From Ignavibacteria bacterium (GTDB lineage: Bacteria > Bacteroidota > Ignavibacteria > Tepidaquicellales > OLB5): 54,475 nucleotides of DNA. The notes below the pieces were generated by a model that was given only the letters and a program-made list of their open reading frames with translations, ran no database searches and had not been told where the DNA came from. The DNA lies in assembly GCA_013140565.1 (NCBI GenBank), contig JABFSP010000207.1, positions 1 to 54,475 on the forward strand, written 5' to 3'. The position numbers and the translations under genes are program-made. Of the stretch, positions 30,276 to 39,116 are shown one piece after another (the first letter of the stretch is position 1; each line of letters opens with the position of its first letter).

Positions 30276-30566
30276 CTATTTAACCAAAAGCATTCGTTTT
30301 GTTTCGGTAACTCTATCTGTCTGAAGCGAATAAAAATATATCCCCGAAGCAAGCTGTGAAGCGTCAAACTTCACTTCATACGTGCCCGGATTTTTATGTT
30401 CATTTATTAATGTTGTCACTTCCCGCCCGAGTATATCATACACTGCAAGCCTTACATTTCCACTTTCGGGAATTCCGAACTTAATATTAGTCACAGGATT
30501 AAACGGGTTGGGGTAGTTTTGGTTCAGAAAGTAATAATTGGGTATTTCCATTGTTTGAATACCGCC
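30276..30566 (-). repeat. Sorting-domain-coding 3' end, highly similar to 31879-32169 and 33539-33829
   Basis: The last 96 codons plus stop of paralogs B, C and D differ at only a few positions (GGIQT[MI]EIPNYYFL[NE]QNYPNPFNPVTNIKFGIPE[ST]GNVRL[AV]VYDILGREVTTL[IM]NEHKNPGTYEVKFDASQ..). The rest of each gene is far more divergent. Confidence 0.8.
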
Positions 30567-31856
30567 AGCAACATAATAATATTGTATTACAAGACACCAC
30601 TTCATTAATATGCCGGTTTCCCCGCCTGCAGTATCTGTGATCAGCAATTTCCAGTATCCGTCAGAGGGAATATAATTGAAAGGAAGCAAAGGATTCGAAG
30701 GCTTGAAAGTCCCTGTAAACGGAGCTGAACCCGAAGATACCGGTACAGCGGAAGAATCATTAAGAACTGTTTGTATGAAATTATCACCGGAACCTCCAAC
30801 ATGATCGATAATTTTCACACCGATTAAGCCCTTTTGCAGGTAAAAAGCAAGTTCAGAATCCCAAGTGTGCAACACCGAATCAATCCTCACGTTCAGATCA
30901 GAAACGAAAATATTGTTACCCAGTAAGACCTGAACTGAATCAACTAAGATACTGCTATCATTTATGGGTTTGTTCAGGTTACTTCTGCAAAAAGTATTAG
31001 TAGGAGGGCCTGGTGGAAGAGGAGGAAGGTCCCTCAAAGTCATCCCTGTAGCTTGCGCAGTATAAGTACATAAAACCGGACCCAAATTTCCGGTAACAGT
31101 ATCAACTTTCCGCAATTCCGAACCCGTAGAATATGCTATAACATAAAAAGTATTATCAAATGGGTCCACACAGCCATCCTGACCAAAATTGAGATTTATT
31201 CCAAGAGGTCCAACACGGGTGAAAACACCCGTTGTTTTGTTTACTCTGAACAGGCTATCAGTAACTATATCAAGCACAAACAAACTGTACTGTGCGCCTC
31301 TGCTCCCGAGTAATATAATACCACCATCACATACAGATGATGCTACGCCAATTGGGGTACAAACACCGGTTGTCATATTTATTGTGAACATTTGGGTCTG
31401 TGTAAGTGATGTAGATAACCCGTAAACATTTGTCCCGTCCCAGCACATTCCTGTAAGGTTTGCAAATGGTACCCCTGTTATGTTAAAATATAATGTATGG
31501 TTACCTGAGACAGTATCAATTGTCCACAACTGGTATGGCGATGATTGGTTCCACGTAAATACTACTCCGTTTCTGATCATCAATCCACCCGGGAAAGTTA
31601 TTGTGAAGGGTGCACCGACATTGGTTATAGTACATGATTCCGTAAAAGATTTGCCAAACTGGAAAGTTGGCGATGATGATGTCTGTGCAAAATATCTATT
31701 ACCTATCGATGCATCAAAACCTGCCATTACAGGACTTTTTGCAAAATCCTGTAATGGCGCCAATCCAACTGAATGCGGTAGATCCTGTGAAAGCATATTA
31801 ATTGAAATAAAAACAATTGCAATCAGAATCTTAAACCAGGTTTTTAAAATGTTCAT
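30276..31856 (-). CDS. Paralog B: unassigned N-terminal domain + proprotein-convertase-type P-domain + T9SS C-terminal sorting domain
   Basis: Family N-domain (..SSSPTFQFGKSFTESCTITNVGAPFTITFPGG..). Pro-rich linker PPLPPGPP. P-domain hallmarks LNVRIDSVLHTWDSELAFYL...GGSGDNF...GYWKLLITDTAGGETGILMKWCLVIQY. CTD is LNQNYPNPFNP...SGIYFYSL..KRMLLVK. Confidence 0.7.
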   Translation of the reverse strand: MNILKTWFKILIAIVFISINMLSQDLPHSVGLAPLQDFAKSPVMAGFDASIGNRYFAQTSSSPTFQFGKSFTESCTITNVGAPFTITFPGGLMIRNGVVFTWNQSSPYQLWTIDTVSGNHTLYFNITGVPFANLTGMCWDGTNVYGLSTSLTQTQMFTINMTTGVCTPIGVASSVCDGGIILLGSRGAQYSLFVLDIVTDSLFRVNKTTGVFTRVGPLGINLNFGQDGCVDPFDNTFYVIAYSTGSELRKVDTVTGNLGPVLCTYTAQATGMTLRDLPPLPPGPPTNTFCRSNLNKPINDSSILVDSVQVLLGNNIFVSDLNVRIDSVLHTWDSELAFYLQKGLIGVKIIDHVGGSGDNFIQTVLNDSSAVPVSSGSAPFTGTFKPSNPLLPFNYIPSDGYWKLLITDTAGGETGILMKWCLVIQYYYVAGGIQTMEIPNYYFLNQNYPNPFNPVTNIKFGIPESGNVRLAVYDILGREVTTLINEHKNPGTYEVKFDASQLASGIYFYSLQTDRVTETKRMLLVK

Positions 31857-31878
31857 AGTTTATTTTGATATTAAGGTG

Positions 31879-32169
31879 CTATTTAACCAAAAGCATTCGT
31901 TTTGTTTCTGTAACTCTATCCGTATGCAATGAATAAAAATATATCCCCGATGCAAGCTGTGATGCGTCAAACTTCACTTCATACGTGCCCGGATTTTTAT
32001 GTTCATTCATTAATGTTGTCACTTCCCGCCCGAGTATATCATATACAACAAGCCGTACGTTTCCAGTTTCCGGAATACCGAACTTAATATTTGTAACGGG
32101 ATTGAACGGATTTGGATAGTTCTGCTCTAAGAAATAATAATTCGGAATTTCTATGGTCTGAATGCCGCC
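31879..32169 (-). repeat. Sorting-domain-coding 3' end, highly similar to 30276-30566 and 33539-33829
   Basis: See 30276-30566. Confidence 0.8.
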
Positions 32170-33465
32170 ACCCATGCAATCATATGTGATAATAAGACAC
32201 CAGCCTGATAAGGTACCCGAATCTCCGCTGGCAGTATCGGTTATAACAAGCTTCCAGTAGCCGTCACCCAAACCCCATGAAAAATTAAACGGAGCAAGTG
32301 GTGTTGATGGAATGTAAGTGCCGGTAAATGGAGCAGTCCCGGATGCAATTGGTATCGTGGCAGAATCATTTAAAACTGTATTGACAAAATTATCGCCTGA
32401 ACCTCCCACTTTATTAATAATTAACGCTCCAACGCTGCCCTTTCTTAAATAGAAAGTCAGGTCTGAATCCCAAGTGTGTGTTACGTTAGTGATCCTGACA
32501 TTTACATCATATATTGCGCAATTTGGACCCAATAAAACCTGAACCGAATCAAAAGTAGTTCCATGATTTATTATCGGTACATTTATGCCTGTTCTGCATA
32601 TTGTTGTTTGAGGCCGCGGAGGAGGAGGCGGTGCTCCCGAGGCAACACAAGCCAATCCTGTTATCTGAGCTGTATATGTGCAAAGTGCAGGTCCAAAACC
32701 CCCCGTACCTTCGTCAAATTTTCTTAATTCAGGTCCCGTGGAGTATGTTGCGCAATATATTGTATTATCATTGGGGTCAACTGAGCCATCCTGTCCGAAA
32801 TTAATATTTATACCCAGCGCGCCATGTAATGTAAATACACCCGTAGTCTTATTTACCCGGTATGAATTATCAGCAACAATATCAATTACATATAAAATTG
32901 ATGCTGCGCCCAGCCTCCCAAACATAGCAATACCACCGGCACACACTGCAGAAGGCGCTCCAATTGGAGTGCATACTCCGGTTGTCATATTAATGGTAAA
33001 GATCTGTGATTGTGTGATACTGGTTGAAAGTCCGTATACATTTGTTCCATCCCACATCATACCGGTTAAATTCGTCTGCGGAACTCCTGTCATATTAAAT
33101 AAAAGTGTTGTTACCCCGCTTACTGTATCAAGTGACCATAACTGGTAAGGCGCAGACTGGTTGTAAGTAAATACAACACCATTCCTGTACATCATTCCGC
33201 CCGGAAATGTAATGGGTACCCCTACGCCTATGTTTGTGACCGCACAGCTTTCCATGAACGCTTTGCCAAGCTGAAATGTTGGTGAGGATGATACCTGTAT
33301 AAAATAACGCGTGCCAATTGCAGCATCATTTTGGTGAACAAAAGGCCTATTATCATTAACAATCGGCGCGGGTCCAACTGAGTGCGGTGCGTCCTGTGAA
33401 TACAATTCAGTTGCTGCAATTGCCAGAATCAAAATTATTGAAAATAAAGTAATTTTAGTTTTCAT
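31879..33465 (-). CDS. Paralog C: unassigned N-terminal domain + P-domain + T9SS C-terminal sorting domain
   Basis: Signal peptide MKTKITLFSIILILAIAATELYSQ. Family N-domain, linker APPPPPRP, then P-domain VNVRITNVTHTWDSDLTFYL...GGSGDNF...GYWKLVITDTASGDSGTLSGWCLIITY and a CTD. AAGGAG lies 9 nt upstream of the ATG. Only 22 nt separate it from paralog B. Confidence 0.7.
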   Translation of the reverse strand: MKTKITLFSIILILAIAATELYSQDAPHSVGPAPIVNDNRPFVHQNDAAIGTRYFIQVSSSPTFQLGKAFMESCAVTNIGVGVPITFPGGMMYRNGVVFTYNQSAPYQLWSLDTVSGVTTLLFNMTGVPQTNLTGMMWDGTNVYGLSTSITQSQIFTINMTTGVCTPIGAPSAVCAGGIAMFGRLGAASILYVIDIVADNSYRVNKTTGVFTLHGALGININFGQDGSVDPNDNTIYCATYSTGPELRKFDEGTGGFGPALCTYTAQITGLACVASGAPPPPPRPQTTICRTGINVPIINHGTTFDSVQVLLGPNCAIYDVNVRITNVTHTWDSDLTFYLRKGSVGALIINKVGGSGDNFVNTVLNDSATIPIASGTAPFTGTYIPSTPLAPFNFSWGLGDGYWKLVITDTASGDSGTLSGWCLIITYDCMGGGIQTIEIPNYYFLEQNYPNPFNPVTNIKFGIPETGNVRLVVYDILGREVTTLMNEHKNPGTYEVKFDASQLASGIYFYSLHTDRVTETKRMLLVK

Positions 33466-33500
33466 TTTAGTCTCCTTTATTTTGTATCCGTTTAATCATC

Positions 33501-33520
33501 AATCCCGATAAATCGGGATT
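33501..33520 (-). other. Intergenic hairpin between paralogs D and C (possible weak terminator or mRNA stability element)
   Basis: Perfect 8-bp stem AATCCCGA / TCGGGATT with loop TAAA. There is no clear T-run on the minus strand. Confidence 0.3.
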
Positions 33521-33538
33521 TCTTGTTAAGTAACTTAG

Positions 33539-33829
33539 TTACTTAACAATCAACATTCGTTTTGTTTCAACTCCCCTAATTGTGTACAGTGAATAAAAAT
33601 ATATCCCCGATGCAAACTGTGATGCGTCAAACTTCACTTCATACGTACCCGGGTTTTTATGTTCATTCATTAATGTTGTTACTTCTCTTCCCAATATATC
33701 ATACACAACAAGACGTACATTCCCGCTTTCGGGAATACCGAATTTAATATTTGTTACAGGATTGAATGGGTTAGGATAGTTCTGGTTCAGGAAATAGTAA
33801 TTGGGAATTTCTATAGTTTGAATACCTCC
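33539..33829 (-). repeat. Sorting-domain-coding 3' end, highly similar to 30276-30566 and 31879-32169
   Basis: See 30276-30566. Confidence 0.8.
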
Positions 33830-35107
33830 GACCGGGCATTGATATGTTATAACAATGCACCATTTTACAAGGCTGCCGGTATCTCCGGTCGCAGTATCTG
33901 TGATAAGTAATTTCCAGGTACGCCCGGTTATTCCGGGATTCCCGTTAAAGACCGTAAGAGGGTTAGATGGCTTATAAGTCCCTGTGAATGGCACAGTACC
34001 TGATTCAATTGTGTTAGCAACCGAGTCGTTCAGTATAGTCCCGATAAAATTATCACCGGAGCCACCGACCTTATTAATTATTTTAGCGCCTATGTTTCCC
34101 CTTTGCAGATAAAAGCTAAGATCTGAATCCCAGGTGTGATAGACCTCATCAATCCTTACGTTCACATCATTTACTATACAGTCATCGCCCAGCACTCCGT
34201 ATATTGAATCAAGAATAGTGGAATGATCATTAATGGGTATATTTACCGTTCTGCAGGCGGTAATTTGGGGACCTATGGGCGGAGTATATATTATATCTCT
34301 CAATGCAATACCCGTACCCTGTGAAGTATATGAACATAATAAAGTACTGCCGGAACCGGATGATGTATCAATTTTCCTTAATTGCGGACCTGTGGTATAT
34401 GCTATCCAGTATAAAGCGCCGTCATTGTTATCAAACTGTGCATCCTGCCCGAAATTCGCGTCAACACCAAGCGGACCGATTAACGTGAATGCTCCTGTTA
34501 TTTTATTTACCTTAAAAAGATTATCGCTCACTATATCAATTGCAAATAATCCGTTGCGGTAATCCCTCCTGCCGGATATGGATATTGCTCCTGCACATAC
34601 AGTACTTGGCGTGCCAACCGGCGTGAAGACACCTGTTGTCATATTCGCAGTAACAAGCTGTGACTGCGTTAGATTGGTCGCGACACCGTAAACGGTAGTA
34701 CCATCCCAGGTTAACCCCGTCAAGTTTGCAAATGGAATACCCGTCATATTAAAAACTAATGTATGCACTCCTGTAACAGTATCTATTGAATAAAGCTGGT
34801 AGGGGGAGTTCTGGTTCCATGTATAAACAATCCCGTTTCGGTACATTAATCCGCCCGGGAAAGACATAGTAAACGGGGCACCTACATTTGTTACTGTGCA
34901 GCTTTCCATGAATGATTTGCCGAACTGGAAAGTTGGCGAACTTGAATGCTGGACAAATGCCCTTGTGCCTATCATATCAGTTTGAGTTTCGCTTGTAATG
35001 CCGGAATTATCGCCCTGGGGTGCCGGTCCCGCTGAAATTATCTTTTCTTGTGAAATTAGATTGATGCCGGAAAGAAGAAAACAAATTATAAGTATCAGTG
35101 TTTTCAT
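33539..35107 (-). CDS. Paralog D: unassigned N-terminal domain + P-domain + T9SS C-terminal sorting domain
   Basis: Signal peptide MKTLILIICFLLSGINLISQ. This is the most divergent N-domain but it is collinear (SSSPTFQFGKSFMESCTVTNVGAPFTMSFPGG..). P-domain is VNVRIDEVYHTWDSDLSFYL...GGSGDNF...RTWKLLITDTATGDTGSLVKWCIVITY, followed by a CTD. Confidence 0.7.
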   Translation of the reverse strand: MKTLILIICFLLSGINLISQEKIISAGPAPQGDNSGITSETQTDMIGTRAFVQHSSSPTFQFGKSFMESCTVTNVGAPFTMSFPGGLMYRNGIVYTWNQNSPYQLYSIDTVTGVHTLVFNMTGIPFANLTGLTWDGTTVYGVATNLTQSQLVTANMTTGVFTPVGTPSTVCAGAISISGRRDYRNGLFAIDIVSDNLFKVNKITGAFTLIGPLGVDANFGQDAQFDNNDGALYWIAYTTGPQLRKIDTSSGSGSTLLCSYTSQGTGIALRDIIYTPPIGPQITACRTVNIPINDHSTILDSIYGVLGDDCIVNDVNVRIDEVYHTWDSDLSFYLQRGNIGAKIINKVGGSGDNFIGTILNDSVANTIESGTVPFTGTYKPSNPLTVFNGNPGITGRTWKLLITDTATGDTGSLVKWCIVITYQCPVGGIQTIEIPNYYFLNQNYPNPFNPVTNIKFGIPESGNVRLVVYDILGREVTTLMNEHKNPGTYEVKFDASQFASGIYFYSLYTIRGVETKRMLIVK

Positions 35108-35315
35108 GATATGCAGTATTTAAGTGTGAAGCATGAATTTATAAAGGTAACTTAACAAATAAACTTCAAAAATACAATTATAGAATGGAGTGTTCAAAGA
35201 GTAAAAAACCACAAATAGCTTACTTTTTTGAGGTTTCTACCTGGCTACGAATGAGAGCATATAAAACACGTTGAGTGGAAATAAAACCGGTAAGTGCAAA
35301 TAAAACAAGTTGGGT

Positions 35316-35352
35316 CAAATAAAAAGCCCGTCCATATTTCTATGGACGGGCT
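35316..35352 (-). terminator. Rho-independent terminator downstream of paralog E
   Basis: Perfect 12-bp stem AGCCCGTCCATA / TATGGACGGGCT with a 4-nt loop, followed by TTTTTATTT on the minus strand. Confidence 0.7.
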
Positions 35353-35401
35353 TGTGTTATTAAATCAAGTTTTAATACAACAGATGTTTGTTCTTATAAA
35401 A

Positions 35402-36979
35402 TTATTTTACAAGTAACATTCTCTTTGTATCTGTGAATTCACCAGCTTCGAGTCTGTAGAAGTAAACACCTGATGATAATGTTGAAGCATCAAAGTTTAC
35501 ATCATAAGTACCTGCGTTTTTGAATTCATTAACTAATGTTTTAACTTCTCTACCTAATATGTCAAATATAACTAATTTCACGTTATCGCCTTTTGGCATT
35601 GAGAATTTAATTGATGTTGACGGGTTAAACGGATTAGGATAGTTCTGGCTTAAGCTATAGAAGTTAGGAATTTCAATTGTCTGAATTCCGCCAACCGGGC
35701 ACTGATAAGTAACTATTAAGCACCAGTTTGTTAATGCACCTGTATCGCCTGTAGCTGTATCTGTGATAACCAGTCTCCAGAATCCATCGCCTAAACCTGC
35801 ACCAAAGTTAAACGGAGCAAGCGGGTTTGAAGGTCTGAAGTTTCCTGTGAAAGGAGCTGTTCCTGAAGCGATTGGTGTAGCTGCTGAATCGTCTAATACT
35901 GTATTTGTGAAGTTATCGCCTGAACCGCCAACCTGGTTTATTATTAATGAACCAACTGAGCCTTTCTGGAGGTAGAATTTAAGATCTGAATCCCATGTAT
36001 GTGTTACACTGCCGATTCTTACGTTTACATCTAAAATTACGCAAGCTGAACCTAAAGCAACCTGGAGTGAATCACGTGAGGTTGAATGGTCATTAATAGG
36101 AACGTTGATACCTGTTCTGCAGATTGTTGTCTGAACACCAACCGGCGGAGGAGGAGCACCAGGAGGTAATATAGCCATACCTGTAGCCTGAGCTGTGTAT
36201 GAGCAAAGAACCGGTCCTAATGTACCTGTTGTTGTATCTACTTTTCTTAATTCAGGTCCTACTGCGTAATCCATTGCGTAGAATGCGAAATCACTGTTAT
36301 CAACACTTCCATCCTGACCGAAGTTCAAATTCTGGCCAAGTGGTCCAACGAGTGTAAATACACCTGTTGTTTTGTTAATTTTGTATAAGTTATCTGCAAC
36401 GATATCAAGTGCAAACAGGCTATACTGTGCGCCTGTACGGCCAAGTAATGTGATACCGCCTGCGCATACTGCTGATGCACTTCCGATAGGAGTACAAGCA
36501 CCGGTTGTCATGTTGATCGTGAAGATCTGTGACTGTGTTATGCTTGTTGAAAGTCCATAAACGTTTGTTCCATCCCAGCACATACCTGTGAAGTTTGTCT
36601 GAGGAACGCCTGTCATGTTGAATACTAATGTATGTGTACCTGTTGTGGTATCAATTGACCATAACTGGAACGGTGATGACTGGTTGTATGTATAAACAAT
36701 ACCATTCCTGTACATCAAACCGCCCGGAAATGTTATTGTGAAAGGAGCACCAACGTTTGTGATGGTACATGATTCTGTGAAAGCTTTACCGAACTGGAAA
36801 GTCGGTGATGAAGAGATCTGTGAAAAATAACGTTTGCCGATAGATGCATCAAAATCACCGTTAACCGGAGCCTGAACAGTCTGAACCGGAGCCGGTCCAA
36901 CTGAATGAGGCGCATCCTGTGCGTTTGTTACAGCCACGAAAGCGATAACAGCAAACAAAAGCGAAAATAATTTTCTCAT
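35402..36979 (-). CDS. Paralog E: unassigned N-terminal domain + P-domain + T9SS C-terminal sorting domain
   Basis: Signal peptide MRKLFSLLFAVIAFVAVTNAQ. The N-domain is almost identical to paralog A up to ..ATGMAILPPG. It then continues with linker APPPPVG, P-domain VNVRIGSVTHTWDSDLKFYL...GGSGDNF...GFWRLVITDTATGDTGALTNWCLIVTY, and CTD LSQNYPNPFNP...SGVYFYRL..KRMLLVK. Confidence 0.7.
   Translation of the reverse strand: MRKLFSLLFAVIAFVAVTNAQDAPHSVGPAPVQTVQAPVNGDFDASIGKRYFSQISSSPTFQFGKAFTESCTITNVGAPFTITFPGGLMYRNGIVYTYNQSSPFQLWSIDTTTGTHTLVFNMTGVPQTNFTGMCWDGTNVYGLSTSITQSQIFTINMTTGACTPIGSASAVCAGGITLLGRTGAQYSLFALDIVADNLYKINKTTGVFTLVGPLGQNLNFGQDGSVDNSDFAFYAMDYAVGPELRKVDTTTGTLGPVLCSYTAQATGMAILPPGAPPPPVGVQTTICRTGINVPINDHSTSRDSLQVALGSACVILDVNVRIGSVTHTWDSDLKFYLQKGSVGSLIINQVGGSGDNFTNTVLDDSAATPIASGTAPFTGNFRPSNPLAPFNFGAGLGDGFWRLVITDTATGDTGALTNWCLIVTYQCPVGGIQTIEIPNFYSLSQNYPNPFNPSTSIKFSMPKGDNVKLVIFDILGREVKTLVNEFKNAGTYDVNFDASTLSSGVYFYRLEAGEFTDTKRMLLVK
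36162..36979 (-). repeat. Copy 2 of the near-identical direct repeat of about 0.82 kb (partner 27844-28664)
   Basis: See 27844-28664. The offset between copies is about 8.3 kb. Confidence 0.85.
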
Positions 36980-37161
36980 AGTTTTTGTTTTCGTTTAGTT
37001 AAAAAATAGTTAATTGAATGACGCATAATATCATTTTTTAATCAGTATGTCAAGTGAAAATTTAATTAAATAATATTTTCAAGTTATTGCATTTAAATCA
37101 ATTTTTTAGCATTTTTGCGGAACTTAACCCAAACATATTTGCATCCTAAATCATTCCAATT

Positions 37162-38019
37162 ATGAGCAAACCGTTAGATTCCGTCATTTCCGGGTCCGGA
37201 TCAGTTGAGATCAATACTTCACTATATATTCCGGATGAACCACCTGCCGAAAATTCTAAATATCCATTGTTAATTTTTGCGCATGGATTTAAAGGATTCA
37301 AAGACTGGGGTGGATTCCCATACTTATGTAATAAACTCGCTGAAGGCGGTTTTGCTGTTTTAAGTTTCAACTTCTCGCATAATGGTGTAAACAATTCTTC
37401 GCCAATGGATTTTACTGAGCTCGATAAATTCGCGGAAAATACACATACAATTGAACTGGAAGATTATAAAGCGGTACTCAACTATATTCCAGCTCTTGAG
37501 GAAAAGTATCCTATTGACGCAAAACGCGTAGGGTTGATGGGGCATTCACGCGGCGGAGGACTTTCCATTATTACAGCCACTGAAAATAACAACATTGTAA
37601 AAGCATTGGTTACACTCGCATCAGTTGCTGATTTTAACAGGTACACAGCAGAACAGAAAAAGAGGTGGCGCCAAAAAGGATTTATTGAAATGCCGAACAC
37701 AAGAACAAACCAGTTAATGAAAATGAATCTCAGCCTGCTTGATGATATTGAATCGAATTCCAAAAGGCTGAGCATAACAGATGCAGCGTCAAAACTAAAG
37801 ATACCTTACCTGATAATCCACGGGAAAGAAGACCTTGCTGTAAAATTCACTGACGCAGAAAAGATCTACAACTCTTCAGATACAGAACGTACTAAATTGC
37901 ATATAATAGATAACACCGGACACACTTTCGGAATTGAGCACCCTTTCAAAGGAACCAACAGGTATTTTGATGAAGCAATTAAGCTTACAATAGATTTCTT
38001 TTCGAAGAATTTGAAATAA
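37162..38019 (+). CDS. Alpha/beta-fold hydrolase (dienelactone hydrolase/esterase-like)
   Basis: 285 aa. Nucleophile elbow GHSRGG, a late HG..D...... and GH motif consistent with a Ser-Asp-His triad. Confidence 0.7.
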   Translation: MSKPLDSVISGSGSVEINTSLYIPDEPPAENSKYPLLIFAHGFKGFKDWGGFPYLCNKLAEGGFAVLSFNFSHNGVNNSSPMDFTELDKFAENTHTIELEDYKAVLNYIPALEEKYPIDAKRVGLMGHSRGGGLSIITATENNNIVKALVTLASVADFNRYTAEQKKRWRQKGFIEMPNTRTNQLMKMNLSLLDDIESNSKRLSITDAASKLKIPYLIIHGKEDLAVKFTDAEKIYNSSDTERTKLHIIDNTGHTFGIEHPFKGTNRYFDEAIKLTIDFFSKNLK

Positions 38020-38062
38020 AAAGGGTGTACTGAATTGAATGGACGGGCTTTGGATACTGATA

Positions 38063-38548
38063 CTATTTTCCGAGTTTTCTCTCAATTACACTAACGGCAG
38101 CTGCGGGAACAAAATCCCTGATATCACCCCCATATTTTGCTATTTCTCTCACCAGAGTGGAGCTTATAAAGGAGTACTTTTCGCCCGGCATCAAAAAAAC
38201 TGTTTCTATATTACCTGCAATTTTACGGTTAGTTAAAGCCATCTGGAATTCATATTCAAAATCGGATATTGCCCTGAGCCCGCGGATAATTACTGAGGCA
38301 TCTTTACTTTTTGCATGATCAACAAGCAGCCCGTCAAAGGTCGCAACTTCGCAATTTGAAATATGCTTTACGGATGCTTTGATGATCTCAATCCGTTCAT
38401 CTATATTCAGCATCGTATTTTTAGCAGTACTGATTGCCGCCGAAACTATAATTTTCCCGAATAATGATGAGGCGCGTTCAATAACATCAAGGTGCCCCAG
38501 TGTGAGCGGGTCAAATGTTCCCGGATAAATTGCGTTTAAATCTGCCAT
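38063..38548 (-). CDS. coaD: Phosphopantetheine adenylyltransferase
   Basis: IYPGTFDPLTLGHLDVIERA (T/HxGH nucleotidyltransferase motif) and ..ISSTLVRE.. near the C-terminus. 161 aa. Its start overlaps the rsmD stop (TGATG). Confidence 0.92.
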   Translation of the reverse strand: MADLNAIYPGTFDPLTLGHLDVIERASSLFGKIIVSAAISTAKNTMLNIDERIEIIKASVKHISNCEVATFDGLLVDHAKSKDASVIIRGLRAISDFEYEFQMALTNRKIAGNIETVFLMPGEKYSFISSTLVREIAKYGGDIRDFVPAAAVSVIERKLGK

Positions 38549-39114
38549 CAGTCTTTTCTTATTAAAATTGTGAAATTAGTTAAGCCGACATTTTTACGAA
38601 CTACGTCAAAATCATTTAAATTGAACATCCCCGCGCTTTCACCGGCATGCTCCAGTACAAATATACTGAAACCTGTATTCAGTATTTCCTTCATCAGTTC
38701 ATTATAAAACTCATAACCATAAGGCGGGTCAGCAAAAATTATGTCGTAAAACTTTTTGTCAGATCTTTTAAGAAAACCAAGTACATTCTCTTCATATATG
38801 TTGATACTATCTTCGCATCCAAGTTCATCGGCGGTTTTTTTAATGTTGAAAAGCTGTTTAACTGAATTTTCAACAAAATCACAGCGAACCGCTCCCCTGC
38901 TTAAGAACTCGAATCCAATTGCACCTGAACCGGCGAAAAGATCCAGACATTCAGTAGATTCAAAATCTATAATATTATTAAGAACGTTAAAAAGTGTTTC
39001 CCTTGCCCTATCTGTTGTTGGTCTGTAGCCTGATATGCTGCCTCTTACGCAGTTTTTGGGTTCAGCCGATGAATGAACTTTCCTTGACCGGAATTTCCCG
39101 CCGATAATTCTCAT
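38548..39114 (-). CDS. rsmD: 16S rRNA (guanine966-N2)-methyltransferase RsmD
   Basis: RIIGGKFRSRK.., SAM-binding LDLFAGSGAIGFE, and catalytic DIIFADPPY. Confidence 0.85.
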   Translation of the reverse strand: MRIIGGKFRSRKVHSSAEPKNCVRGSISGYRPTTDRARETLFNVLNNIIDFESTECLDLFAGSGAIGFEFLSRGAVRCDFVENSVKQLFNIKKTADELGCEDSINIYEENVLGFLKRSDKKFYDIIFADPPYGYEFYNELMKEILNTGFSIFVLEHAGESAGMFNLNDFDVVRKNVGLTNFTILIRKD

Positions 39115-39116
39115 GG

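Noticed and set aside
28036-36560. Long plus-strand ORFs inside the paralog genes (for example 28036-28242, 31189-31425, 31480-31932, 32678-33148, 34233-34562, 36372-36560). Some have similar translations to one another.
   Set aside because: They lie antisense to strongly supported minus-strand genes. Their mutual similarity is a by-product of the paralogy of the sense genes. They have no start context or recognisable motifs.
26883-36979. A diversity-generating retroelement or an invertible-promoter (inverton) mechanism acting on the paralog family
   Set aside because: There is no reverse transcriptase, template repeat or recombinase gene in the window. No long inverted repeats flank the intergenic regions at 35108-35401 or 36980-37161. 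Homologous recombination between paralogs explains the mosaicism.
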